Shown: positions 8,541 through 17,611 of the stretch, piece by piece | Numbering within the stretch: position 1 is the stretch's first letter | Layout of the letters: every line of letters starts with the position of its first letter | DNA from: an uncultured Ruminococcus sp. | GTDB taxonomy: Bacteria > Bacillota > Clostridia > Oscillospirales > Ruminococcaceae | Direction: 5' to 3' | DNA: 64,000 nt | Assembly: GCA_900550695.1 (NCBI GenBank) | Contig: URTF01000001.1 | Span: forward strand, 7,896 to 71,895 | Translations under genes and position numbers: made by a program | Notes under the pieces: model-generated | Databases searched by the model: none | What the model saw: only the letters and a program-made list of their open reading frames with translations | What the model was told of the DNA's origin: nothing

Positions 8541-8594
8541 ATATATCCAAGATTGTCGGCTTGATTTTTTCCAAATTTTAAATGGTGTTTAGTA
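8495..8594. mobile_element. MITE-like palindromic element, copy A (100 bp, short form lacking the central loop)
   Basis: Termini TACTAAACACCA...TGGTGTTTAGTA, flanked by direct TAA/TAA. Homologous to copies at 19.1, 24.9 and 33.3 kb. Confidence 0.75.
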
Positions 8595-8812
8595 TAAGAT
8601 TTGTTTTCAAACTAACTCCTCCCCTCGTTGCTATGTTTATTTTATATCGTGCAAAGCCGAATGTCAAGCACACTCTTTGCACGATACATTTTTTCCGTTG
8701 CGAAAAGCAGATGTTTGTCAAAGTTATTTTACAAAATGACAATTTTTACCACATAGTTATTCTATAATTATATTGATGATATCTGCAGCACTAACGGAAA
8801 GGACGTATAAAT

Positions 8813-11149
8813 ATGATCGTAAAAGAAAAAATAAGCAGCTTTTTTGATATCGCAAAATCAGATCTTTCCCGCAAAAAAGCCCGAAACAGCGACAGTGATG
8901 TTCGGCTCGGGGTCATAAAATGGACGTTCGCATTTTTATGCGGAATGATCTTCAGCACATCAAAGGGATTCATACCTATATCACCTGCGCTGACGGCGGC
9001 ACTGCCTGCGGCTTTTTCATCGGCGGTGTTTGCAGGCTCGGCGGCAGGCATTATCACGCTCGGACGGGCTGACAGCCTTGTAACGGAAACGCTTGCAATG
9101 GCTGTGATGCTTGCGCTGAAACTAATCGTGTGCAGGTTTACCGAAAGGCGGCTCGGCTCGGCAGGGACGGGTATCTATGCGGCGGCGGTCTACATACTCT
9201 CGGGAGCGGTCGCTTCGCTGTCGGCGAAAATAACGGCGGTACTTGCGGCGGCGGTGTTTTTCAGGGGAATTATCTGCGGCATAACGGCATATTTTATTTC
9301 GTGCGAAATGCGTTCGATAAAAGAAAGCGGACGGATAAGCGTCATCGGGGCGAACAGCCTTTGCACGGCTGTGCTGTATGTAACGGGGATATCTGTGCTG
9401 TTCGGAGTTTCGGCAGGGACTTTTTCACTCGGACGGGCTGTGGGGATATTCGTTATCCTTGCGGCAGGCGGACGATTCGGCGGCACAGGCGGTGCGATAA
9501 TGGGTGTTCTGACGTCGCTCGGCGCAATTCTCGGCTGTTCGGGCGGCGAAGAGATATCCGAGCTTTCACGGAGCATGGCTGTTGTCGGCTGTGCAGGACT
9601 CATCGGCGGGATCATCTCGAAACGTGGAAAAATATTTTCGGCGGTCGGTTTCACCGTTGTTTCGCTCTTCCTGACGCTTTTTATGGGAAAGCTTTCGTGG
9701 GCGGCGGCACTTATGACGGACACGCTCACTGCGGCTGCGCTTTACACTCTCATACCCGACAAAATTTATATGAAAGCTGTCAACACCGCCATTGAGAGCC
9801 GATCTGCTGTGACGGATCATCTTGCACGAAGGATCTCATTCGGGGCGGAGTGTTTTGCGAAGATAGGCGACTGCACCGACAGAGCCTCCGAGCTTCTTGC
9901 CGAAAAAAACAGCTCCCGAACAGACATAAGCGAAACCGTCTGCAGGAAGATATGCGGAGAATGCCGCAACCGTGATTTCTGCTGCAAAAGCGACGGGAAC
10001 CGTATCCGTGCGGCGTTCGTCCCGTGCGAAAAGCTTCTCCTCGCAAAAGGCTTTATCACCGTTCCCGAGCTGCCGAGATGCATCGAAAGCTGCACAAAAA
10101 AAGCCGAGATCGCCGAGCTTATGAACAGGCTTTTCTCGCAGAACGCTTCACTTATGCGCAAAAGCGAGAACCACAGCCGTGCGCACGAAATATTCAGCGA
10201 GCAGCTTTCCGCTTCGGTTAAATTTATGGACGAACTCGGGGATCTTTATTCGGGCGGCAGGATATATGACGGCAATCTTTCCGAACGTGCAGGCGAAATT
10301 ATACGAAGATACGGCGGAAAAGATCCGAAAGCGGCTGTATTCTTCGATAAGGGCGGCAACCTTTTTATCTCCTGCTTTTATGACGGAAAGCTTGAAGTTC
10401 CGCCCGAAGATGTGACGGAAAAGCTCTCCTCGCTGACCGACCGTGAGCTTGAACAGCCTGAATTTTTCAGCGAAGCCGACCATATCCACGCTTGCTGGCA
10501 CGAACCTGCGGCATTTGAGATAGAGGTCGGAAAGGCGGTCTTATGCGGCAGGGAAAGCGTGAGCGGCGACAGCTCGGTGCAGTTCACGGACGGTTTGGGC
10601 GGCGTTTACTTCCTCATTGCGGACGGAATGGGCAGCGGCAGCCGTGCCGCACTCGAAAGCAGTATGGCTTGCTCGCTCATATCGAAGCTTATCCATGCAG
10701 GCTCGGACGGTGTGACTGCGTTTCGGATAGTCAATTCGCTGCTCATCTCGAAGTCTGCGGACGAGGTTTTCACGACCGCCGATATGCTCCGCATCGATCT
10801 TTTCACGGGAAAAGCCGACTTTTTCAAGGCAGGCGCAGCGCAAAGCTTCGTCAGAACAGGAGGAACTGTCAGCACTGTTGAGAATTCCGCTTTTCCGCTC
10901 GGGATAATCCCCAAAACGGAATTGAAACCTTTTTCCGTGCGGCTTTCGGACGGCGACAGCGCTGCGTTATTCAGCGACGGCATACCCGAAACAAGTTTTC
11001 CGAAGCTCCGTGAGCTGCTCCTTTCGGACGGATATTCGCCATCACGCTGTGCCGATACGGTAATTGAGCTTGACAGACCCGAAAAGGGCGCTTTCAATGA
11101 TTTTTCCGATGACAGAACAATTATTGTATTAAAGCTGCATAAATTGTAA
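8813..11149 (+). CDS. spoIIE: Stage II sporulation protein E (membrane-anchored PP2C phosphatase)
   Basis: 778 aa. About 10 N-terminal TM segments, a central domain, and a C-terminal PP2C motif (FLIADGMGSGSRAALESS ... DDRTIIVLKL). Confidence 0.9.
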   Translation: MIVKEKISSFFDIAKSDLSRKKARNSDSDVRLGVIKWTFAFLCGMIFSTSKGFIPISPALTAALPAAFSSAVFAGSAAGIITLGRADSLVTETLAMAVMLALKLIVCRFTERRLGSAGTGIYAAAVYILSGAVASLSAKITAVLAAAVFFRGIICGITAYFISCEMRSIKESGRISVIGANSLCTAVLYVTGISVLFGVSAGTFSLGRAVGIFVILAAGGRFGGTGGAIMGVLTSLGAILGCSGGEEISELSRSMAVVGCAGLIGGIISKRGKIFSAVGFTVVSLFLTLFMGKLSWAAALMTDTLTAAALYTLIPDKIYMKAVNTAIESRSAVTDHLARRISFGAECFAKIGDCTDRASELLAEKNSSRTDISETVCRKICGECRNRDFCCKSDGNRIRAAFVPCEKLLLAKGFITVPELPRCIESCTKKAEIAELMNRLFSQNASLMRKSENHSRAHEIFSEQLSASVKFMDELGDLYSGGRIYDGNLSERAGEIIRRYGGKDPKAAVFFDKGGNLFISCFYDGKLEVPPEDVTEKLSSLTDRELEQPEFFSEADHIHACWHEPAAFEIEVGKAVLCGRESVSGDSSVQFTDGLGGVYFLIADGMGSGSRAALESSMACSLISKLIHAGSDGVTAFRIVNSLLISKSADEVFTTADMLRIDLFTGKADFFKAGAAQSFVRTGGTVSTVENSAFPLGIIPKTELKPFSVRLSDGDSAALFSDGIPETSFPKLRELLLSDGYSPSRCADTVIELDRPEKGAFNDFSDDRTIIVLKLHKL

Positions 11150-11326
11150 AAATGTAACTTTATTACATTGTTGAAAATACATAAAAATGTGGAAAATTAT
11201 GTACATTTTGATACAAATTTTTTCTTGGTTAGCTTTTATCGTTTTAGTAGGTGGAAAAAAATTGTACAATTTACACAACCTTTACCTGATTTTTACGTTT
11301 AACATATAAAAATATTACAAAAACAC

Positions 11327-11355
11327 TTGCAATGTGATACATAATCTGTTAAAAT
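11327..11355 (+). promoter_or_regulatory. Probable sigma-A promoter of the glg operon (TTGCAA-17-TAAAAT)
   Basis: Hexamers with 17-nt spacing, about 95 nt upstream of the glgB ATG. Confidence 0.45.
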
Positions 11356-11448
11356 ATATATAGAATTAATAGTGTGGCTATGAGCGTTCAAAGCATCGTG
11401 CAGATGCTTTGTTTCTCCCGAATGCCCGCTAAGAAGGAGTATGAAATT

Positions 11449-13596
11449 ATGCCGAACAGCAGAAAGAAAACTGCAGTATCCGAAGAGATCGACTGCCGCT
11501 TCCCTCTCCATATCTTCCATGAGGGAACTTCGGTCGAGGCTTACGATTTCTTCGGTGCCCATAAGGGTACAAAGGACGGCAAAAAAGGCGTTTATTTCCG
11601 AGTTTGGGCGCCTCATGCCGCATCTGTGTCCCTTGTTGGCGATTTCAACGATTGGGACAGGCGCAAAAACCCGATGACAAAGCTCGTCGATGACGAAACA
11701 TGGGTATGCTTTGTCGAAAACGTTGAACAGTATTTTACATATAAATACAGCATCGAAACCCGGCATCAGAGCATTCTGCTCAAATCCGATCCTTACGGAA
11801 CCCACATGGAAACACGTCCTGCAACGGCTACGAAATATTTCGATATCGACGGCTTCAAATGGACAGACAAGGCTTGGTACGATACAAAAGCCAAGACGAA
11901 CGTGTATAAAAGTCCGATGAACATTTACGAGGTCCATCTCGGCTCATGGAAAACCTACGAGGACGGCGAGCCTTTCAGCTATGTTAAATTCGCCGAGGAA
12001 ATGGTTCCCTACCTCAAGGATATGAGCTATACCCACATCGAGCTTATGCCGCTTGCGGAGTATCCTTATGACGGCTCATGGGGCTATCAGATAATCGGCT
12101 ACTATGCGCCGACTTCACGATACGGAACACCGTTCGATTTCATGAAGATGATCGACATTTTCCATAAAAACAACATCGGCGTTATCCTTGACTGGGTGCC
12201 TGCACACTTCCCGAAAGATGCGGCAGGACTTTTCGAGTTTGACGGTGACTGCTGTTACGAATATTCCGATCCGCTCAAAAAGGAGCATACATCATGGGGA
12301 ACAAGAGTTTTCGACTTCGGCAGGAACGAGGTGCGCTCTTTCCTCATTTCCAACGCTTTGTACTGGATAGAAAAATTCCACGTTGACGGTCTGCGTGTTG
12401 ATGCAGTCGCTTCAATGCTCTATCTCGATTACGACAGACGTGACGGCGAATGGCGACCCAACAAGGACGGCGGACGTGAGAATTACGAAGCCGTTGAATT
12501 CCTGCGCAGCCTTAATACGGCTGTATTCGGACGAAACCCGAACACACTTATGATCGCAGAGGAATCCACCGCCTGGCCGCTCGTTACAAAGCCTGCCGAT
12601 GTCGGCGGACTCGGATTCAACTTCAAGTGGAATATGGGCTGGATGAATGACAGCCTTGACTATATGAAGCTTGACCCTATCTACCGTGCAAACAATCACG
12701 GCAAGCTCACCTTCTCATTCTTCTACTGCTTCAGCGAAAACTACATTCTCCCGATCTCGCACGATGAGGTCGTTCACGGAAAATGTTCGCTCTGGCGCAA
12801 GATGAGCGGTGCTTACAATACAGATAAGTTCTCCACGCTGCGCACATTTATGACATATATGGCGATGCACCCCGGCAAGAAGCTCTCATTTATGGGCAAC
12901 GAGTTCGGTCAGGAGAACGAATGGAACTATGAAAAGGCTCTCGACTGGTATCTGCTCGACACTCCCGAACACGCACAGATCGAACAGTTCAGCAAAGACC
13001 TCAACAGGTTCTACCTCGAAAACCCTCCGCTCTGGCAGCATGACGATGACTGGAACGGCTTCGCCTGGATATGTCACGATGACTATCTCCAGAGCGTTAT
13101 CTCGTTCCGAAGAATAGATGATGAGGGCAATGAAGTCATCATCGTCTGCAACTTCGTGCCTGTCAAGCGTGAAAACTACCGCATAGGCGTTCCCCGTGAG
13201 GGCTGCTGGCAGCAGGTTCTTTCCACCGATGAAGCAAAATATGGCGGATCGGGAACTGTCAACAACAAAAAGAAGAAAACCGAGGATTATTCGATGCACG
13301 GCTGCGAGCAGTCGATAGTTATCGATATCGCTCCGCTTTCCGCAATGCTGTTCAAGTTCGTTCCTGCCAAAAAGCGCACACCGAAAGAGGAAAAAACGCC
13401 TGCAAAGACGGCCAAGACCGCAAAGGCTTCAAAAACCTTGAAAAAGGCAGAAACGCCTGCGGCAAAGACAGCTGTTTCGGAAAAGCCTGAACCGAAAACG
13501 GCAAAACCAAAGACGAGTGCAGCAGGGGCAAAAAGCAGCACAGCTAAGGCATCAGCAAAAACGGTCACAAAGTCCCCTGAAAAAATAAAAAAGTAA
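11449..13596 (+). CDS. glgB: 1,4-alpha-glucan branching enzyme GlgB with a ~75-aa K/A/T/P-rich C-terminal tail
   Basis: GH13 branching-enzyme motifs are present (DWVPAHF, GLRVDAVASMLY, EESTAW, SHDEVVHGK). ATG at 11449 follows SD AAGGAG. The longer ORF from 11374 lacks an RBS. Confidence 0.9.
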   Translation: MPNSRKKTAVSEEIDCRFPLHIFHEGTSVEAYDFFGAHKGTKDGKKGVYFRVWAPHAASVSLVGDFNDWDRRKNPMTKLVDDETWVCFVENVEQYFTYKYSIETRHQSILLKSDPYGTHMETRPATATKYFDIDGFKWTDKAWYDTKAKTNVYKSPMNIYEVHLGSWKTYEDGEPFSYVKFAEEMVPYLKDMSYTHIELMPLAEYPYDGSWGYQIIGYYAPTSRYGTPFDFMKMIDIFHKNNIGVILDWVPAHFPKDAAGLFEFDGDCCYEYSDPLKKEHTSWGTRVFDFGRNEVRSFLISNALYWIEKFHVDGLRVDAVASMLYLDYDRRDGEWRPNKDGGRENYEAVEFLRSLNTAVFGRNPNTLMIAEESTAWPLVTKPADVGGLGFNFKWNMGWMNDSLDYMKLDPIYRANNHGKLTFSFFYCFSENYILPISHDEVVHGKCSLWRKMSGAYNTDKFSTLRTFMTYMAMHPGKKLSFMGNEFGQENEWNYEKALDWYLLDTPEHAQIEQFSKDLNRFYLENPPLWQHDDDWNGFAWICHDDYLQSVISFRRIDDEGNEVIIVCNFVPVKRENYRIGVPREGCWQQVLSTDEAKYGGSGTVNNKKKKTEDYSMHGCEQSIVIDIAPLSAMLFKFVPAKKRTPKEEKTPAKTAKTAKASKTLKKAETPAAKTAVSEKPEPKTAKPKTSAAGAKSSTAKASAKTVTKSPEKIKK

Positions 13597-13616
13597 ATCC
13601 ATGGGAGGAATAACGA

Positions 13617-14819
13617 ATGTACACTAAAAAAGAATGCGTTGCAATGCTCCTTGCAGGAGGTCAGGGCAGCCGCTTATACGCTCTCACTCACGATATGGCA
13701 AAGCCTGCCGTTCCTTACGGCGGCAAATACAGGATCATCGATTTCCCGCTTTCCAACTGCGTAAACTCGGGTATCGACACGGTCGGCGTTCTTACACAGT
13801 ATCAGCCGCTCGTTCTTCATGATTACATCGGCAACGGTCAGCCTTGGGATCTTGACAAGCAGTACGGCGGCGCACACTGTCTGCCTCCTTACCAGACAGC
13901 TCTCGGCGCTGAATGGTATAAGGGCACAGCGAACGCTATTTACCAGAACATCTCTTTCGTTGACAGATATGACCCCGAATATGTTGTTATCCTTTCGGGC
14001 GACCATATCTACAAGATGGATTATAATGATATGCTCGAACACCATAAGAAAAAGAATGCCGATGCAACTATCGCTGTTCTTGATGTTCCTATGGAGGAAG
14101 CTTCACGTTTCGGCATTATGATAACAAACGATGAGGGCGATATCGTTGACTTTGAGGAAAAGCCGAAGCACCCACGCTCCACGCTTGCTTCAATGGGTAT
14201 CTACATATTCACATGGTCGAAGCTCAAGAAATACCTCATCGAAAATGAAAACAACGAGGCTGAGGACAAGGACTTCGGCAAGGCTATCATTCCTAATATG
14301 ATGAAAGCCGGCGAAAAGCTCGTTGCTTACGCATTCGACGGCTACTGGAAGGACGTTGGAACACTTGACTCCCTCTGGGAAGCAAATATGGATCTTCTCA
14401 ATCCGAACATTCCTATCGACCTTTACGATCCCGACTGGAAGATGTATTCCAGAAACCCCGTTCTTCCTCCTCAGTATATCGGCGAGAACGCAGTTGTTGA
14501 GAACTCCATGATAACCGACGGCTGCGACGTTGAGGGAACAGTTGATTTCTCCGTTATTTTTGAGGGCGTTAAGATCGAGCCGGGTGCAACGGTCACCGAT
14601 TCGATCATTATGCCCGGTTCGGTCATCAAATCGGGCGCAGTAGTTGAATACGCTATCGTCGGCGAGAACTGCGTTGTAGGCGAGGGCGCACAGATCGGTG
14701 CAAGACCCGAGACCTTCGACAACAGAGATGACTGGGGCATTGCAGTCGTAGGTCACAACATTACGATATCCGAAAATGCAAAGGTTCTTCCGAAGCAGAT
14801 CATTTCGGAAAATGTTTAA
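13617..14819 (+). CDS. glgC: Glucose-1-phosphate adenylyltransferase GlgC
   Basis: [23 protein letters not shown] and a left-handed beta-helix C-terminus. SD GGGAGG. Confidence 0.92.
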   Translation: MYTKKECVAMLLAGGQGSRLYALTHDMAKPAVPYGGKYRIIDFPLSNCVNSGIDTVGVLTQYQPLVLHDYIGNGQPWDLDKQYGGAHCLPPYQTALGAEWYKGTANAIYQNISFVDRYDPEYVVILSGDHIYKMDYNDMLEHHKKKNADATIAVLDVPMEEASRFGIMITNDEGDIVDFEEKPKHPRSTLASMGIYIFTWSKLKKYLIENENNEAEDKDFGKAIIPNMMKAGEKLVAYAFDGYWKDVGTLDSLWEANMDLLNPNIPIDLYDPDWKMYSRNPVLPPQYIGENAVVENSMITDGCDVEGTVDFSVIFEGVKIEPGATVTDSIIMPGSVIKSGAVVEYAIVGENCVVGEGAQIGARPETFDNRDDWGIAVVGHNITISENAKVLPKQIISENV

Positions 14820-14839
14820 AATAAGGAGGAACTTTTACA

Positions 14840-15964
14840 ATGAGCAGAAATAAAAAGGTTTTGGGACTTATTTTCTCAAATATGCATGACAATTCGATCT
14901 CCGATCTTACAAAAGAAAGAACTATGGGCAGTGTTCTTTTCGGCGGACGCTACAGATTCATTGATTTTCCTCTTTCCAGCATGGTAAACAGCGGCATCGA
15001 TGAAGTCGGCGTTATCACAAAGTCAAATTATCAGTCACTTCTCGATCACCTCGGTTCGGGACGTGAATGGGATCTCGCAAGCAAGAACGGCGGACTTCAC
15101 CTCCTCCCTCCTTTCAGCCACGTTTCAAGCGGTATGTACAGAGGCAGACTTGAAGCTCTCTACGGCGTCTGGGATTTCATCAAGACCTCCGATGCCGATT
15201 ATGTGGTTCTTTCCGACTGCGACGTTGTTGCAAACGTTGATTTCAGTTCTATAGTTGATTCCCACATCTCTTCCGGCGCAGACATCACAGCAGTTTATGC
15301 GAACGATGTTGTTACCGTTGAGCAGGCTCAGAAGGCTACTGTTTTCGGTATCAATGACGAGGGCAGAGTTGTTGATGTTCTCACAAATCCATACATCAGT
15401 GGTGCCTGCAACGTTTCACTCAATATGTTCGTTCTCTCCAAGGAATTTTTGAAGAACCTCGTTCTTGAAGCAAATTCAAGAGGTCTTGTAAGCTTTGAAA
15501 AGGATATTCTCCAGGCAAGAACACATGACTACAAGATCATGGGCTATCGTTTTGACGGCTACTTCAGCAAGATCACCTCGATGGATACCTTCTACAAGGC
15601 AAATATGAACCTTCTCAACACAGAAAACAGAAACAAGCTCTTTATCGCAAACCGTCCTATCTATACAAAGGTCAGAGATAATCCTCCTGCAAAGTTCGGC
15701 ATCGGCGCAAAGGTAAAGAACTCCCTTATCGGTGACGGCTGTATCATTGAGGGTACAGTTGAAAACAGCGTTCTCTTCCGAGGCGTTAAGGTAGGCAAGG
15801 GCGCAGTTGTCAAGAATTGTATCCTTATGCAGGACACAAACGTTGGCGCAAAGTGCGAGGTTTCCTGCGTAATTTCCGACAAGAATGTAAAGATCGGCGA
15901 TATGCGTATGCTCACAGGTTCGGAGAACTATCCTCTTTACCTCGGCAAGGGCGCAGAAATTTAA
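14840..15964 (+). CDS. glgD: Glucose-1-phosphate adenylyltransferase regulatory subunit GlgD
   Basis: GlgC paralogue lacking the catalytic GGxGxRL loop. Sits in the usual Firmicute glgC-glgD position. Confidence 0.85.
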   Translation: MSRNKKVLGLIFSNMHDNSISDLTKERTMGSVLFGGRYRFIDFPLSSMVNSGIDEVGVITKSNYQSLLDHLGSGREWDLASKNGGLHLLPPFSHVSSGMYRGRLEALYGVWDFIKTSDADYVVLSDCDVVANVDFSSIVDSHISSGADITAVYANDVVTVEQAQKATVFGINDEGRVVDVLTNPYISGACNVSLNMFVLSKEFLKNLVLEANSRGLVSFEKDILQARTHDYKIMGYRFDGYFSKITSMDTFYKANMNLLNTENRNKLFIANRPIYTKVRDNPPAKFGIGAKVKNSLIGDGCIIEGTVENSVLFRGVKVGKGAVVKNCILMQDTNVGAKCEVSCVISDKNVKIGDMRMLTGSENYPLYLGKGAEI

Positions 15965-16102
15965 CTTCCAAATAAAGCAAGCCAATTTGTTTCAGCCGTG
16001 TGAAAGTTGATAAGCCTTTCACACGGCGAAACTGCGGTTTCAAGGAAACGCTGTACCAACTTGTTTCCTATGACAAAAAATTCAATCGAAAGGATTCTTT
16101 TT

Positions 16103-17521
16103 ATGAAGATTTTATATGCAGCTTCCGAAGCACTCCCTTATGCAGCCTCGGGCGGACTTGCAGATGTTGCAGGTTCACTTCCTGCCGCTTTCGTCAAGGC
16201 AGGTCACGATGCAAGAGTTGTTCTTCCCCTTTATAAAAACGTTAAGCCCGAGCTTCGCAGCCAGCTCGAATTCATCACGAACTTCACCGTTGATGTAGGC
16301 TGGAGAAAGCAGTACTGCGGCGTTTTCAAGGGCAATGTCAACGGCGTTACATACTATCTCCTCGACAACGAATACTACTTCGGCAGAGATGGACTTTACG
16401 GCTTCTATGATGACTGCGAGCGTTTCGTATTCCTCTCCAGAGCAATTATGGAAATGCTCAAATATATCGGCTGGAAGCCCGATGTTATCAACTGCAATGA
16501 CTGGCAGACAGCTCTCGTTCCCGTTTATTACAACATTTTCTATAAGTATCAGTACGGCTTTGACAATATCAAGACCGTGTTCACTATCCACAATATCCAG
16601 TATCAGGGCAAGTACGGCATGGAAGTTATCAACGAAGTGCTTGGTATCCCGATGTATCATACAAAGCTGCTCGAATATGACGGCTGCGTAAACCTTATGA
16701 AAGCCGCATTTGAAACAGCGGACAAGATCACTACCGTTTCACCGAGCTATGCTTGGGAAATTCTTGACCCGTGGTATTCTCATGGACTTGACAGAGCGCT
16801 CGCAGACAAGCAGTATAAGCTCTGCGGCTTCCTCAACGGCATCGATACAGCTCTCTACAACCCGGAGACCGATCCGCTTATCCCGAAGAATTTCAGCGTT
16901 AAAAACACCAAGGGCAAGGAAGAATGTAAGAAAGCGCTCCTTTCCGAGCTTAATCTTCAGGACGGCGACGAGCCTGTTATCGGTATCGTTACACGTTTCG
17001 TTTCCCATAAGGGCATCGACCTTATCAAGTATGTATTCGAGGATATGCTGAACCTCGGCTACAAGTTCGCTATCGTTGGTTCGGGCGAAAAGATCTATGA
17101 AGATTTCTTCAAGGAAATGGCTTGGAGACACCCCGATAAGGTAAGCGCAACTATCGGCTTTATCCCTGCACTCGCAAGAAGAGTTTATGCAGGCGTTGAT
17201 ATGTTCCTTATGCCATCACAGAGCGAACCCTGCGGACTTGCTCAGATGATCTCTCTCCGCTACGGTACTATCCCGATAGTCCGTGAAACTGGCGGTCTGC
17301 GTGACAGCATCAAGGACGCAGGCGATGAGGACGGCAACGGCTTTACATTCAAGACCTACAACGCACACGATATGCTCGATGCAACAAGACGTGCAAGAGA
17401 AGCATACAACGATAAGAAGCGTTGGAAGTACATTATGCACACTGCAATGACTACCGACTGCAGCTGGGATACCTCGGCTGAACTCTACCTCGGACTCTAC
17501 CGTGAGCTTGTCGGAGAGTAA
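16103..17521 (+). CDS. glgA: Glycogen synthase GlgA
   Basis: N-terminus MKILYAASEALPYAASGGLADV is the canonical GlgA start. The upstream extension in the ORF track has no RBS. Confidence 0.92.
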   Translation: MKILYAASEALPYAASGGLADVAGSLPAAFVKAGHDARVVLPLYKNVKPELRSQLEFITNFTVDVGWRKQYCGVFKGNVNGVTYYLLDNEYYFGRDGLYGFYDDCERFVFLSRAIMEMLKYIGWKPDVINCNDWQTALVPVYYNIFYKYQYGFDNIKTVFTIHNIQYQGKYGMEVINEVLGIPMYHTKLLEYDGCVNLMKAAFETADKITTVSPSYAWEILDPWYSHGLDRALADKQYKLCGFLNGIDTALYNPETDPLIPKNFSVKNTKGKEECKKALLSELNLQDGDEPVIGIVTRFVSHKGIDLIKYVFEDMLNLGYKFAIVGSGEKIYEDFFKEMAWRHPDKVSATIGFIPALARRVYAGVDMFLMPSQSEPCGLAQMISLRYGTIPIVRETGGLRDSIKDAGDEDGNGFTFKTYNAHDMLDATRRAREAYNDKKRWKYIMHTAMTTDCSWDTSAELYLGLYRELVGE

Positions 17522-17524
17522 TTT

Positions 17525-17543
17525 TAATGCATAATGCGTAATT
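17525..17543 (+). repeat. Heptamer motif TAATGCATAATGCGTAATT, 4 nt after the glgA stop
   Basis: Read directly. Sense orientation relative to glgA. Confidence 0.65.
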
Positions 17544-17553
17544 GAAATATTGA

Positions 17554-17600
17554 TAAAAAAACAGCGTATATCACGAGATTATGTGATATACGCTGTTTTA
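17554..17600. terminator. Bidirectional intrinsic terminator (glgA / convergent secreted-protein gene)
   Basis: 14-bp stem acagcgtatatcac/gtgatatacgctgt with an A-run before and a T-run after. Confidence 0.75.
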
Positions 17601-17611
17601 TTGTATTTTCT

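Noticed and set aside
8640-8812. Spo0A-box-like TGTCAAA/TGTCAAG/TGACAAT sequences and an 11-bp-stem hairpin (atcgtgcaaag/ctttgcacgat) upstream of spoIIE
   Set aside because: These are only near-matches to the TGTCGAA consensus, and such heptamers are common in AT-rich DNA. A Spo0A role is plausible given what is known for B. subtilis spoIIE, but the sequence alone does not support it.
9130-10881. Several 80-220-aa alternative-frame ORFs inside spoIIE
   Set aside because: These are Arg/Gly/Cys-rich translations typical of off-frame reading of a GC-richer membrane-protein gene. All are nested in the strongly supported SpoIIE frame.
11299-11937. 212-aa minus-strand ORF, and the 11374 start of the glgB ORF
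   Set aside because: The minus-strand ORF is antisense to glgB and its promoter region. The 11374 start lacks an RBS, whereas ATG 11449 follows AAGGAG and gives a canonical GlgB N-terminus.
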